NCBI GenBank assembly: GCA_012295275.1
Contig: CM022665.1
Span: 6,386,001 to 6,450,000 of the forward strand
Reading direction: 5' to 3'
Source: Chrysomallon squamiferum
Lineage: Eukaryota; Animalia; Mollusca
Length of the DNA stretch: 64,000 nt
Made by a program: the position numbers and the translations under genes. A model generated the notes under the pieces. That model was not told the origin of the DNA. It ran no database searches and saw only the letters and a list, made by a program, of their open reading frames with translations. This document shows positions 27,701 through 41,337 of the stretch, piece after piece. Numbering within the stretch: position 1 is the first letter of the stretch; each line of letters begins with the position of its first letter.

Positions 27701-30700
27701 TATAATATAACACTCGTCCATCTGTCTAATGTAAACGAGTATTCGTAGTATTTGCCTTTAAACTGATAGGTGTGTATTTGTTCCGCCATCTACCACGGTG
27801 AATACAGGACAAACAGTGTAACCATAGTGGTTTCAACACATATAAATAAACTGTTAAATTATAGACTCAAAAAATAAAATCTACGCAATGAATAGAAAAT
27901 TGCTAACGTGTTAAGGCCTAGACATCTAATTACCGCATCGTGTTGGAACATGCAAGTCAGCGACTCGTTATAAATAACACAAACTAAATCTCCTATCAAA
28001 GAATTCTTTATATCCTGTTACCTGCAACATGAAACAACTCATCGTTTTAATCTTTATAATCAGCGTTGTTTTTATTCTGTTTTTGTATGTTTAACATGGT
28101 GAAGCTTTAATATTTTTTTAAGGGTTCAGTGTAGTGTTTATTTGTATTTATCAGACACTGCAAGCATGTATTAATTCAGAAAATCAATAACACGACTAAA
28201 CAACCCCCCAACAAACTAATAACCACGTAAAAAAAAAAAAAAAAAAAAAAAAAAAACTAACAAGAAAGTAATTCCAAAAAGCAGTGAACCAGATAAAATG
28301 ATTTTGTCATAACCTCATTAGAATGTATTATTACAAAGCAGGCAGTATGTTAAATGCAACAGAGGTTCGATAAACACTTTGTTTAAGCAGCTTAACTGGC
28401 TAATATATTCGTGTAAGCTATCTGACCTGTCGAATTTCTTAACGTGTTACCATATTATGCCACATTATATAAAACAAGTTTACGATTTACGTTATATGTA
28501 TTCAGCTTTGTTTTAAAGAAACAGAAGCTGTTTCTTGAAGGAAAAAAAATAACTGCAACTATATTCGTATTAGTGGATTAATAACCGTATTCCTAATTGA
28601 CTACCATCATATGTTTTCATGAAATTCGTTTCATCACTACATTATGGGGAAACATTTTTTTAATGAAAACCTGGGTATGTGTTCTTGGTACAGCCGCAGT
28701 AAAAATGTTGAAATATTATTGGAACTTAAAACCGATTTTGAAGCAAGAATGAATCCGATTATATTTAAATTGCTCGTTATTCTACTAGCCGACTGCACGT
28801 TTGCTAACTGAAAATCACATACAGTTGTTCCATTTAATATTACTGTAATCGTAGACATTAAAAGAAGGTCGAGCCTTGTTTTTTTTCTTTCTTTCTTTCT
28901 TTCTTATTTCTTTCTCTATTTATAATTTGGAAACATTTATAATGGAAATGATTCGATGTAGCTAAAGATATGTTTCTGTCAAAATATATTCTTTTTTTAT
29001 ATCTCTGATATAAAGGTAACTGCCAATTTATTATACAGAAAAATATTATTATGTAAATATCAGTTCAATATATTATGTATCGATATTCGTGTCGTAATAT
29101 ACCTTATTTCCATAATGTATTACATGGCTCTTTTCCCGCTGGTAACAAAGTATTTAATAAACGTTATTTATTTTTATTTTCTTCTGTCTACCCCACCCCT
29201 ACCTTTTGTAGTTATTTGTGGTGAATGAATCCCAATCCAGGACCTAACTTTTTTCGAGAAAATAGCCAACTGACATTATCTTTTGTTAAACGGTAAAAAA
29301 AAATATTCGGAACTATGGATCCGATTATAATTATGAAAAAGTAAATGAATCGTTATTATTAATTCAGGGTCTAAACGCTTCAGCAGACACGCTTACGAAT
29401 GGAACAGCAAAATTAGATGGTTACTGTGCACGTTTCACATGACACAAAAGTGAATACAAAATTAGTTGATTATTCAGAACTTTATCAACAGCTACTCACC
29501 ACCCCTGTCCGAAGTGTTTGCACAGCAAGTTTCAAAACGTAACAGTCAAAATTGATTAGCTGGTTATTCAGATCTTATCTTACACAAGAAAAGAGCTAAT
29601 GAGCTTTAAAGATCCGTGTTTCACTTAGAGCTTGACACTGCCTGAGTTATTAAACGTGAAATTTTGTGATCACCCAACGCGTTGGGTTTCAACAGAAGAT
29701 TTAAAAATAAATAAATAAATAATAATAATAATAATAATAATAACGATATTTGTCAATAGAACTTTAAAGAAATCAGAGCGGTTTTCATAAAAGGCTTTGT
29801 CGTATTTTATGACAGAAGAAAGATTTTAAAATAATAATAATAATAATAATAAATAATAATAATAATAATAATAGTAATAATAGTAATAATAATAATAATT
29901 ACCAACCTGTACATAGAGAACATTTTCTAGAATTAATCTGACAAACTGCAATACCGTTTACTTCACTGAATACACGAAATTCCAAATAAAATACAATTTA
30001 CAATAGTTATATTCTACTATAATATATAAAAAAAAAAAAAATAATAATAAAAATAAAATTATATAGAAGGAGAAGAAGAAAATAAAGTGGCGAAAAGAAA
30101 TACTTTAAAAAATAAAAAAATAAAATAAATAAATAAGAGATCCAGATAAAAGTTCAGAGGTAAAGATATACATCATAATAGACAGTCTACTATAGGTAAC
30201 AAATTAAGATATGGATCTTTTGGTAAATGTAATGACATCATCACTTTGAGTATAATTATTATTATTATTATTATTACTGACAAGAAGTGGAAGAAAAGGT
30301 TTGTGTTGGGGATTTGTTGTGTGTTTTAAATTATGACGGGTACTGTTCATTAGTAAAATAATACCAATTCCCGTTGTTTGTTACAGTAAGCTTAAATAAA
30401 ATACGTCATATTATGCTTAAAGGATTAATGATTTAAAATAGAAGGTACAAGCATGGACATTTATATCGTTCTAATAATCTTTTCTATTTATAAGTATTTT
30501 ACTGACGAAATCGTGTCCTGCGTAATAATTATTTTTGCTACAATACACTTTATACATATTTGTCTCTACATACACAAACATATCCAAACACACAGACATT
30601 TCTGAATTTTAGTTAACCATATAGTTATTTGCAAAGGATAAAATGAAACGATTTAAAAATCTTTTTAACTGTCAGCTCACCTGGTTGAACGGTCGCACAC

Positions 30701-30740
30701 GAACAGCGACTTTCACGCTGTCTCCACTGCACGCAGGCAT
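9468..30740 (-). CDS. KIF28: Kinesin-3 family motor, KIF28-like (motor domain, neck coil, FHA domain, KIF1B/KIF28-type tail), about 1039 aa, 23 coding exons
   Basis: Exons (minus): 30740-30681, 25938-25753, 25470-25264, 21614-21486, 20970-20836, 20584-20421, 19380-19269, 18793-18726, 18354-18215, 17955-17865, 17683-17556, 16776-16716, 16224-16098, 15685-15410, 14911-14804, 14673-14528, 14037-13777, 12805-12642, 12386-12325, 11692-11654, 10660-10543, 10221-10054, 9637-9468; total 3120 nt, all GT-AG and in phase. Motifs: [30 protein letters not shown]-loop [52 protein letters not shown]-like IGR...IQKQHA...VYVNGE...DRLRFG, DPFWDP. Kinesin-3 assignment is firm; KIF28 orthology is likely but not proven. 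Confidence 0.88.
13228..13531. mobile_element. Possible decayed Tc1/mariner-pogo-type MITE in a kinesin intron
   Basis: Left end TA|CAGTGAAACCTGTC and a degenerate inverted right end TACAGGTGTACATG (13518-13531). Confidence 0.3.
21728..21968. repeat. Tandem duplication of a 108-bp intronic segment bounded by (TG)n tracts
   Basis: 21728-21835 and 21861-21968 are identical except ttacTtg versus ttacTgg near the 3' end. (TG)n lies before, between and after the copies. Confidence 0.9.
26150..26340 (+). mobile_element. Possible SINE-like fragment in kinesin intron 1
   Basis: GC-enriched island containing CTCCGTC...GACGGGACGTTAA...GTCCC followed by (TTTC)n. It resembles core-SINE segments from memory only and is unverified. 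Confidence 0.25.
27329..27607. mobile_element. hAT-type MITE (279 bp) with perfect 8-bp target-site duplication
   Basis: TIRs CAGGGTTGGATTT and AAATCCGGCTCTG; TSD TACATATA at 27321-27328 and 27608-27615; repeated GCCGCCC subterminal motifs. Confidence 0.85.
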
Positions 30741-31023
30741 TTGCGATTTCAAACTCTGATTTAAAATAAAAGTATGTAAAAACAAAAGGTCGACAATGAC
30801 TGTAATAATAAAGACTGTGTACAATAAATACTGGCGTTTCCTTCAAGCGTCAGTCTCTGTGCTGTGACAGAGTAGAACTAACCGATAACGAGAGCCGTGG
30901 AGCAGACTGGTTACGTTCGATTTTGAATGAGTCAATAGCTCACTGATTGAGCTAGGCTGCTAACAAACAACCACTCCGCATATCACTGCGTCTATCTTGC
31001 CATGTGATCAAATAAATAAAAAG

Positions 31024-31057
<34 letters not shown>

Positions 31058-32682
31058 CTTTCTCTCTCTCTTTTTTTTTTTTTTCTCTCTCTCTCGGTGT
31101 CAAAATGGCAAAAAGTTTCAAAAAAAAAAAAAGAAGAAAAAGTAAGTAAATAAAATAAAATAAAATTAAATAAAATTAAATTAAATTAAAACAACCGAAA
31201 TGTAAATAATTGTGATAGAGATCTGAGTAGTTCATTTTTCAGTATTACAAAATAACAAAGTATTTATGTGACTAAATGATAATATATAATTTTAAAAATT
31301 ATTTTAAAATGTAATAAATATTCAGGTATTTTATTTATTATTGTTGTTGCTGCTGCTGCTGTTGATGTTGTTCCTTATTTATATAAATAATTAAAAAAAA
31401 AAAAATTCGAAGTTTAGATTCACTGATATAATGTTTTAGACGTTACTATGAAACTGTATCCCTTTTCAAAAATTAAATTCAAATAGGCTAATAAATAAAC
31501 ATTTTAACTTTTTTAATTCACTGATAACTCTTTTCAGAGTTTATCAAAAGAGTCACGTATTTACTGAGTTATAAAAGAAAAGGAAAAGAAAATTAGGGAT
31601 ACTAAAAATACTAGTAACGGAATGAACATTCTTCAAATCATAATGGGTAAATATTTGTCTAAAATTGCATTTTGTTTGTTTTCCCAAATAGCTCTATCTC
31701 TCTCTCTTTCTCGTTCTCTGAACTTCACTTTTTCTCTCTTTCATTATATCTGGGTTTTTTTTACTCTGTAACGCATAGGTAATAAAATATTTTGTCCTGA
31801 AATAGGTTAGTCATACATTTTTTTTTTTTTTTTTCTGGATATCAATCACAAATTATCCGAAATCTGAAAAGCTTTTTTATAGTTGTTTTGTGGTTGTTGC
31901 TGTTATTTATATATATATATATATATTATTTATTTTATTTTATTTTAATTACTTACTAACTTATTTTGTAAAGCTATATTTAATTTCATATGTTTTCCTT
32001 ACAAACCAAACCTGTTATTTATTTATGATCTGTCGCCGAGTGTTTGGGATAAGGGATAGTTGACCTGTATATTTATTTTCTATTTCGAAAGCATGTTAAT
32101 CATAATTTCCGCTATCATAAATTGCGATAGCAGCTGGGCAGAATGTTACATACTAATTCTAAAAGATTTTCGGCTTAGACGATTATTTTTACAAACTAAG
32201 TTGACCGAACCCTATAATATATAAGTCGGTTTATTTTTCATTCTTTCGTGTGTTTCACTGCTTGTTAAAGCGTCCATAGTTACGGAAATACAGCTCAAAC
32301 AAAGCGTACTTTTAGTATGACCTGTAACTGACAATCCTTTGTTCAGTTACGTAAATTGAAACCCACATCCCAATAGGTAAACAGTAGGTAGCGTACATTC
32401 CTATTATCTCTGTCAATAAAGGAATAATAAAAGATTACTGACGAAGGCTTGAATCTATCTATTTCCTTTACCGACATTTAGGCCAAATAGTTTATTGTTA
32501 GTCGTAGCAGCACTGCTGGTAATAGTAAAACAAGTGGTAGTGGTGGTGCTAGTGGCAGAAGTAAAAGTAGTAGTAGTAGTAGTAGTGGTAGTTGTAGTAT
32601 CATATCTGTAGTCGATGTACCTTTCGTGTTACAAAAATATAAATAATTATATAAAATAAAAGAAATACCGAATATAATTTAA

Positions 32683-32713
<31 letters not shown>

Positions 32714-33588
32714 TTTTTTTTTTTTTACGATTACAATATTTTTAAGACAGATCGTGCATGTGAAGCAAAAAATAATTAAATTCAGTCAACATATATATAT
32801 ATGAATTAGAAAATCATATTAAGACGATTGATAAATATTATTACGGTTGGAATCGTATACACAGATATGGTTTAAATACAGTTTACTTTATAAACAGAAC
32901 ATTCTTTCCCAATGATAGTGCATGACCTGGGCGCAATCTGTGTTCGCTGGCTAATACATAAGATAAACAACTAGTGTTTCATCCATTTTATGGTCTAATC
33001 TACGAACATAAGAAGGAATACTGTACTTCAAAAAAAAAAAAAAAATAAAAAAAAAAAAAATAAATAAATAAATAAATAATAATAATAATATAATAATAAT
33101 GTATTAGTTAATTCAAAAATAAAACATTTCACAGTTTTGTTCGTTAATTCATATTAAATATGTTAAAAATCGTAGTTTTTATGTCACCAGTTAACGCACT
33201 GTAAGTTTCATTTGGTTTTCCTATAAATTATCTACTCTGAGCTGTCAAGGACCATTTCTCTCCAGGTCTATCCTTTCAAACAACTGTCAGGACGTTTCTA
33301 CATTTTTTCAAACATAAGTCTCGGTTCTACTACGTTATCACAAAAACATTTCTGTTTCCCATTTCTCATTCGAAAATTGTTTCATTTTTCCTGTCTATGT
33401 CTGTCTGTCTCTTTGATTCAAGTTGTTAGCTTTTTCATTTCTCGTTCCATCTCTAGTTATATCACAGACCGTATTTTTGACTGTGAGTTGTGCACTGGTT
33501 CTATGTAACTTAGAAAATATACAATTGTTGTTTTCGGTTGTTGTTTTTCATGCACCTAATTTTGCGGGATTTATTATTATTATTATTA

Positions 33589-33621
<33 letters not shown>

Positions 33622-34328
33622 TTATTTCCATATTTAATTTTCCCAGGCATATGTATCAATCAGTCTATCAGTCTTTTTGGTTCTCTTTCTGAAGTTACTT
33701 GCTGAAAAGAGTGCGTACATGTGAAATAAGGCTACAAGATTGCGATTCACTGATGTGGTAAACCAACTGAAAGTCGTCATTTTGTTTCTTCTTTTCAATA
33801 CCGCTTAAACATAATCTAGGTACTTAATTTAATACCATTACAGCAGTTTTTAGCATCAAAGTTTATAAATGTGTGAATTTAGAGATATTTCAGTTTATTA
33901 CAGTTCGTTCGAGTATTTTTGTAATAAAGTACTTTTATCACATGATAAATAATTGTTCTCATCCCTAAATCACTGTTTGCATGGCCTATATATGTCACAG
34001 GAAGGAATAATTACAAAGCAGTGACCTGCTCTGTTATTAGCATGGACTAACAGGAACGATAACTCGTAACGGCACAAATACGTCAGCGGAAAAAATGCCT
34101 CCAGAATTACGCCGATATAATGGGTACAAACTACACCTGAATGTTATTTTCTGTTGTGTTCTGACACGGAAAACATTGCCAACTTGAAAAGTTAATACAT
34201 TAATCTTATAAAACATTATAAGTTTAATTTATTATGCACGCATTTTCATAATCAATGCCTCGTATACATAGATGTTTATTATTGAGTAGAAATTGCTGCA
34301 AAGGTTGTAACTTTTTTTTTTGTAACTT

Positions 34329-34336
34329 TGACGTCA
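34329..34336. promoter_or_regulatory. Perfect CRE palindrome upstream of AMD1
   Basis: TGACGTCA about 1.2 kb upstream of the AMD1 ATG, with a half-site TACGTCA near 34079. Function is not shown. Confidence 0.3.
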
Positions 34337-35339
34337 TACCATCTGATACCCATTTCGTACTATATATTTCTTTTCAGATATTATTACAACTTCGCCAGCC
34401 AATCCCCCCCCCAAAAAAAAAAAACAACAATAAAATAAAATAAAATAAATAATTTTCACAGACACTGGCGCGTGAATATGAAGATAACTATTCTCATTAG
34501 GTACCATAATGTGGACATGTTACTCTGCTAAAACTGCACAGCGGACAGTTCTGAGTACGTAGTTGCAAAACAATTCTTGAAACCATTGTAATTCTTATCT
34601 TTTTTTAATTTTTAATTTTATGTATGTATATATATATATTTTTAATAATATCTATTTCCATTTTCTTTGCATTAGAAATGGTGTTTACGTGTAAAACGCA
34701 AACTGATCACGTTATTTGAATGATTGCCTTGACACATTCATTATAATGCTTGACACCAGTTTTACAACAGAAAATTGAAAACAAATTTTAAAATTTAAAG
34801 GTCCGTCAACCGGCAAAAAAAAAAAAAAAAAAAGTTAAAAATTAATTTTTCACTCTTTTTCGTTAAAACAACAAGTATTCAACTCCTAGAACATATATTA
34901 TTATATATGCAAACAATGAGTTTCCTGTTTCAATTTTTTTTTAAAAAATCATTGGTCCATGCTACCTTTATATTAGCCTATTTCCATCTTAGTTTATCTT
35001 AATTAATAAAATTGCAAAATAACAAAATAAATACTGTAAGCATTATGAAGCATGAATTTATAATTCTCTGTGCGTGCGCGCGCGTGTTTGTGTGTGCGAT
35101 TATTTAGGCATAAGTCGGCCATACAATTTTAGTGTGCCATTATTCACCAACAATTATTTAAAACAAAATAAATAAATAAAAATAAAAAGATTAAAATAAT
35201 CTAAAAAACCTTCATCCGAACTATTTGCACTTAAATTAAAAATATAATTTGAATTATGGATATTCTGAGTTTGTATTCTACAAAAAATACCAAAAGTATA
35301 CAAATAATATAGTATGGCAATCCGAAACCGATACATTTT

Positions 35340-35504
35340 TAGATCGTTTCACGTGAGGTGTTGCCTCTAGACTTCGGCGCATGCTCATTATGAAAATAAT
35401 ATTCTGAACCAGTGACACCGGGGCTTACGCCGAACGAGGGAATTTGTAAAACGTAAATTGCCGAGGAGTACCGATTAAATTTCGAGAACATTAGTGTTTT
35501 TACT
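35340..35504 (+). promoter_or_regulatory. AMD1 proximal promoter and 5' leader (CpG-enriched)
   Basis: E-box CACGTG at 35350-35355, NRF1-like GCGCATGCTC at about 35377-35386, and local CpG enrichment directly upstream of the ATG at 35505. Confidence 0.5.
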
Positions 35505-38500
35505 ATGGCGGCAAGTGAAAATGATTTCTTTGAAGGCACCGAAAAATTATTGGAGGTTTGGTTTGCCTCTTCTACAAATGAAGAATGTGATTTACGCACC
35601 ATTGAAAGGTATGCATGACAAAAACCTCCTTCTTCCTTATGTTTAGATGTTATATTAATATGTAACGTATTATCGATAGTACGATTATTTCAATACAAGA
35701 CCGAAGACGTGAAATTGACATGTCATCTAAAGGTATCTTTTACACAAATCGTTTTGACAGTTCTTCATATGCAGTCGTTGAAAAGGAAAAACTAATTTGA
35801 AAATGTAACGGATAATCTGTGAACATATAATAATCACAGGACAAAATATAATTTAACCTTTGACCATCATCGTGTCACCTTGTCACGGCATGTATCAGAG
35901 AACAAGAAATAACTGACCACTATGATTACAACTTACAGTCAGCCCCCGTTTTGCGACGATTCATACTTATGCCGGTTTTGAAATTAATTAAGAATAAGGA
36001 CAAATATATTTAAAAAAAAAAAAGAAGAAGAAATAATAATTATAATAATTGCATTTTTATGGCAAAAAGGCAAACATAAACTGTGAACAGCGAATTTTAA
36101 CTGTTATATTTAAGCTCCGCCCATGCCTAAAAAGAATTTTTTTTTGTAAATTTTATTTTTATTTATTTTGTGTGTGTGCACATGCTAATGCTCTAACTGA
36201 AGAGTGTGTTGGGATTTTAAGAAATAGTATTAGTTATTTATTATCAAATTCTTAAAGGCATGACAAACAACTCTAATTCCTTCAGGAAGGCAGCCAGGTC
36301 TTCGTGTCTTTCTGTGTTTTCTGACAGCCTCTCTTTTCATTATGAGATGACCAGCCTAGTTCCTTATCGAAGAATGAGCCTCAGCAAGGCCTGTCTTGGC
36401 AACAGTAAATTCACATGCAGTGACATTATTGATTAACACCTTCAGTAAGGTTAAATCAGTTTGCGCCTATCTTTGGACACTGTTTTCTTAATGCATACCC
36501 TGACAAACTACTCTGTATGCATGTAATATTTATTATTTGTCATTTCATGTTAATTTAATATTAAAAAACTTACATTAACCTGGCTTAATTAAATAAAAGC
36601 AGTGTTGTTTTGGATGTATGGAACACAATCTTGAGCCCAAACTCTTTCAGGTATAGTGGTATTTTGAAGATCAGAATAAGCTGAGGTGCACACTTTGTCG
36701 TAGGATCAGCTCTCTTCAGGGCATGTTTTTAGTCATAAACTATTCCAGCTTTTGTTCCATGACTGGTTTATCACAATGTGTTCTTTTCTGTCTATTAGAA
36801 GATGCATGTAAAATATCTCTTTCTGCTAATATAAACAACAGAGAAGCCCACCATTTGGCACTTGCAGCAGTTGGTTTCCATTTAAAAAGTATCATGTGCA
36901 TCATTAAATATTATAATTATTATCATTTCACTTGTACTTTTAAATTATTAAAGAGAATTATTGCAAAAAAATAAATCAGTAAATAACTAAAGACACAACC
37001 ATACAGATTATATATGAACAGTTAAGTTTAATAAATGGAAAGGATGTATTTTATTAAAAACAGAAGCAAATCTAGATAGTACAGATACCATATTATAGAT
37101 TAAATATAATGCAGAAAATTCCACAATTCATGTTGATAATAAAAAATTAGTAGCATGAAACTTGAGCATATCAAGTATTATTTACAGAATTCATTTTTGA
37201 TTTTTTTTTTTTCCAGTACAATCATTAGGTTCAAGGAAATCCACTTAAAACTAAAATATTAAACTTGTGCTACATCCTTAACTTTCTCTTGAAGAAAGCA
37301 GTATTTTATCAGTAGTCAGTGTATCACTTCAAAGACATAGCTAATTAGAATTAGCAGTATTTTTCTAGCCATGAAATGTACATAGATCCTTTTATGTTGT
37401 CACAGGAATAGCATTTTAGTGTCTTCTGTGACAGTCGCAGATCAAGTGAAGAACCTATAGTTTTATAATTTAATAGGAAGCAATCTGGTGTCTAGTTATC
37501 TTTCAACAATGCAGTATGTATATGCAAAAAGCCTAAATAAACAGTTCAGTAATATTAATAACGTAAATACTTTTGAAGGGAATAATATTAATAATAATGT
37601 TCATATTTTCATATTATACATATTCAAAATTGTCTTGTTTATTATTTAAGGTTGGAATGGGAAAAATTACTTACCTTGGTGAAATGTGAGATAATCAGTT
37701 GTATCTCTGATGACGACATGGATGCTTACGTCCTTAGGTAAATTTTAAATGAAGTACTTTGATAATCATCATATTGTTTTACTGTATTTTCTTTTTATTC
37801 TTCATTTGAACGTTTTCAGATTAAAGTGATGGTATAATACAAATAAATATTTAAAAAATGTATTTCAGACTGGTTGCTGACATGGTCACTGAATATTTTC
37901 CTTGTTCAATAATTATAATGTGAATTTGCAAAAAGGGTGAAAAATTAACAAACAATTTTAATTACATCAGACAATTACAGTAGACGGGAAGGCTATATTA
38001 AATTATTAATTACTTTTTTCCGATTTGTGCTTATTGTATTCATATAGATGAGTTATTAAACATTTATTAATTCACTGACAGATTTATTTATGTGTTTTTA
38101 GTGAGAGCAGTATGTTTGTCACTCAGAAGAGGTTCATTTTGAAAACCTGTGGTCGTACAACTCTCTTGTTTGCTGTTACTCCACTCATCAAGCTGGTCAG
38201 AGAGAAATGTGGCTTTGATAAAGTTGTGGTATGTATGCATTATACAAGGCTTATATTTGCTGAAAAAGTTTAGCTGAATAAGATTTTAATTTGCCCAGAA
38301 TACAAAATGTTCAGTTAATCCAAAGTCTAAATATAAGTGTTGTGTTTTACAATTTTTAGATATTTGTATTTGTTGATTACTATTTTTTTTTCCAGGATTT
38401 TTTGTACAGAAATTAAAACCAAAAATGTAATTATCAGTTGTACACCATAAAAAATGCAGAACTGAACAAATGTATTTGGGAATTATCAGGTACAGTTAAA

Positions 38501-41306
38501 AATGGGCATGTCCATTATATTAGCAGTCTACAGATTTGATTAGCCTTTTTAGTAAGAAAAATGAACTACAGTAACTTTGGCTTTTTATACCATGAACCCT
38601 CACTTTTCTTAAATATCTGGACTAGAAAACAATCCTAGTATTGTTAACAAGTATATATGCTAGTAGCACTGATTTCATAGCCCAAAAGTGATGTTTCAAA
38701 ACCCAAACCAAAAATGCTAATTCCTGGACAGTGCATCACACCCAGTTCAAACAAAATTTTCTCTGGATTGCCTTGTGTGTGTAATTCTGTCTTGTCTCTC
38801 AGTATAGTTTTGCTTGACTAATAAGCCTTCAGCATCAGTTATGAGTAATTTGCATATACAGTTCCTTTTTGTAAAAGGATCAATTTTATTGATCTTATTC
38901 AAACAAATTTTCAGTTTTTCTGCTAAAGAACCTTGGAATTTCACCTAAAGATATGTATCAAAATTATCAGGATCCAGTAAGTCTGAATTTGTATTTGTAA
39001 TCCCTATAGTATGTAGCTGTTACTTGCTTTTAAAATACAGCAAATTTCTTTCATGGTTTTCTTCAGGATATATTCTACTCAAGAAAGAACTTCTCACGTC
39101 CAGATCTACAGTTTGGGATACACAGAACCTTTGAAAATGAGGTATACTTTGTTTTTGTATGTTCATTCAACAGTTTAGAATATCTGAAACCTAAAAGATG
39201 TAAGAAACATATAAAATAAAAACTTTCGAATTTCATTTTTAAGTTCTATTGATTTTACATTATGATAAACAGAATTTGTGACACCATTTTTACAAAATAA
39301 TATTTCTGTTATATTTTTAATGTGTTTAGAAATCATTTCCATTTTCATCAGATGATCAATGTTAAATTAAAATGAAATTATTTTCTCTTTTTCAGGTTAG
39401 ACATTTGGATGAACTTTTCCCAAGTGAGTGTATTTTTATGTACAGTCAAACTTAAATAATTTGAATGTGAAGGTGTCAGCAAAATAGTTTTTTATAAAAT
39501 AGAATTTTTATAAAACAACAAAACCAGAAAACATAACCAGAAATAAACCCCAAGTATTTTTGGATTTCCAGACTTGGTGGAACATAATCAACAGAATTTC
39601 CATTTAATACATTTCTGCTAGATGTCTAATAATTTTGAAAATATGTGGACTGTGATAGTTAATATAGTTTTGTTTATATCGATTCTGATATTGTCACATT
39701 GTATTTCATTTGATTTTTGTTTATTGCTATACTGATTGATATTTATGAATTTTCTTCAGTATGACAATTTTGCTGTATTTTGTGCTGAGATGTCATTAAA
39801 TCTTAATTAATTAATTAAACCATTTTCAGCTAAATGGAGTAAAATCTAAGTCCAAAATGTAGTTGCTTCCGATCACTTGGCTGATTACTGTATGTTTAGA
39901 CTTGGAAAGTTTTGGGCTACTAATTTAAGATTTTAAGTTCAGCATTCTCTTTTCACAATAGATGGAGCTGCATATACATTGGGGCGTGTCAATCGTGATT
40001 GCTGGTAAGTTTCTTTTTTCTTCAACAAACTCTGTTCTCTATCAAATACACATTTGGCTGCTTTGTAAAATAAAAAATCTTAAATGTTATTATAGTTACA
40101 GTTTTATTAACAGCAACAACTTTAAATTACAAACTTTTACAAGTTAAATTCCCCCATCTTTTCATCTGTATGCTTTTGTGTTTAAACTGGAATCTGTATA
40201 ATAGATGTTTTTTCTGTTTTGTTATTTTTTTGCTTGGTGTGTGCAAATAAAAGTTGACAGTGTGAAAATTAATTTGTAGGTATCTTTATACTCTGGACCA
40301 GGAAGGAGTATTAATGCCTGACCAAACATTTGAAATATCCTTTTGACTGCTCTAAATGTGATGACATACATTTCATAACAATGTAATTTAAGAAAAACAT
40401 TTAAAATACAGTTTCAGTAACTTTTCAGCTGAAAGTTAAATTTATATAAAAAATGCAGAAGTAATTTTATATAGTTAATTTTGTTTCAATAAAATAACCA
40501 AAAAAAACCCGAGAGAAATAAGGAAAACAACATTATTTTTATTCTGCACATTTGTTATAAAAATAAGTAATGTTTTCTTGACAATGTGTACATTTTGATG
40601 TGGGACATGTGTCGAGACCGAATGAATATTTTCTCCAAGGAGGCGTGCAGCAGTGGATCTGAAGCAACAAAGGTTAGTTCAGATCTTGCATCTGGTAATT
40701 TACTTTAGTTTGTTGTTAATATGGTCATATCTGTTATCTGAACTGTTAAGTTTGATCTTAGCTGTCAGAGAGGTGAACTTGTCAGTTGAATGGTTTGATA
40801 ATGATCACATTTCAGTAACATTATACTTGTGTAAACACTGTACTTACAAAAAAGTCATAGTCACGTTGTTTCACAAAGCATTCATTATTTTTGTCATTCC
40901 ACATACTTCGGTTTTAATTTTAATTTTTTTTTTTTTTTTTATTATTTTTTTTTTTTTTAGACCCTTTATAATTATTACTTTTGTTTCTTACATTCAGTAG
41001 TTTACACAGGAGAGATACCTTCAGTTATTTATTGAAATTAACAGAAATAGTTCAAATATATGTTTTAGATATCGGGTATTGGTGACATCATTCCTGGTGC
41101 CAAGATTGATGACTTTATCTTTGATCCATGTGGATATTCTATGAATGGTCTTCTGCCTGGAGTAAGCCACTTTATCATTTTGTAATTTCAAGTCCTGAAT
41201 ATCTAAACAGATACTAACATACGGTTATTACATGTATTATCAGATAACACTGTTGCTTAAATCTGATGCAAGTGCTTGTTAAATGAACAGGATGTAAAAG
41301 ATAAAA

Positions 41307-41337
<31 letters not shown>

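Noticed and set aside
35381-35407. Short upstream ORF MLIMKIIF* before AMD1 as an analogue of the mammalian MAGDIS uORF
   Set aside because: It has no similarity to MAGDIS, and its ATG lies inside an NRF1-like promoter motif, probably upstream of the transcription start. It cannot be placed in the mRNA without TSS data.
35339-35602. 87-aa antisense ORF over AMD1 exon 1 (similarly 2571-2795, 18184-18384, 25237-25494, 49929-50305)
   Set aside because: These are shadow ORFs opposite real exons, with no independent coding signal.
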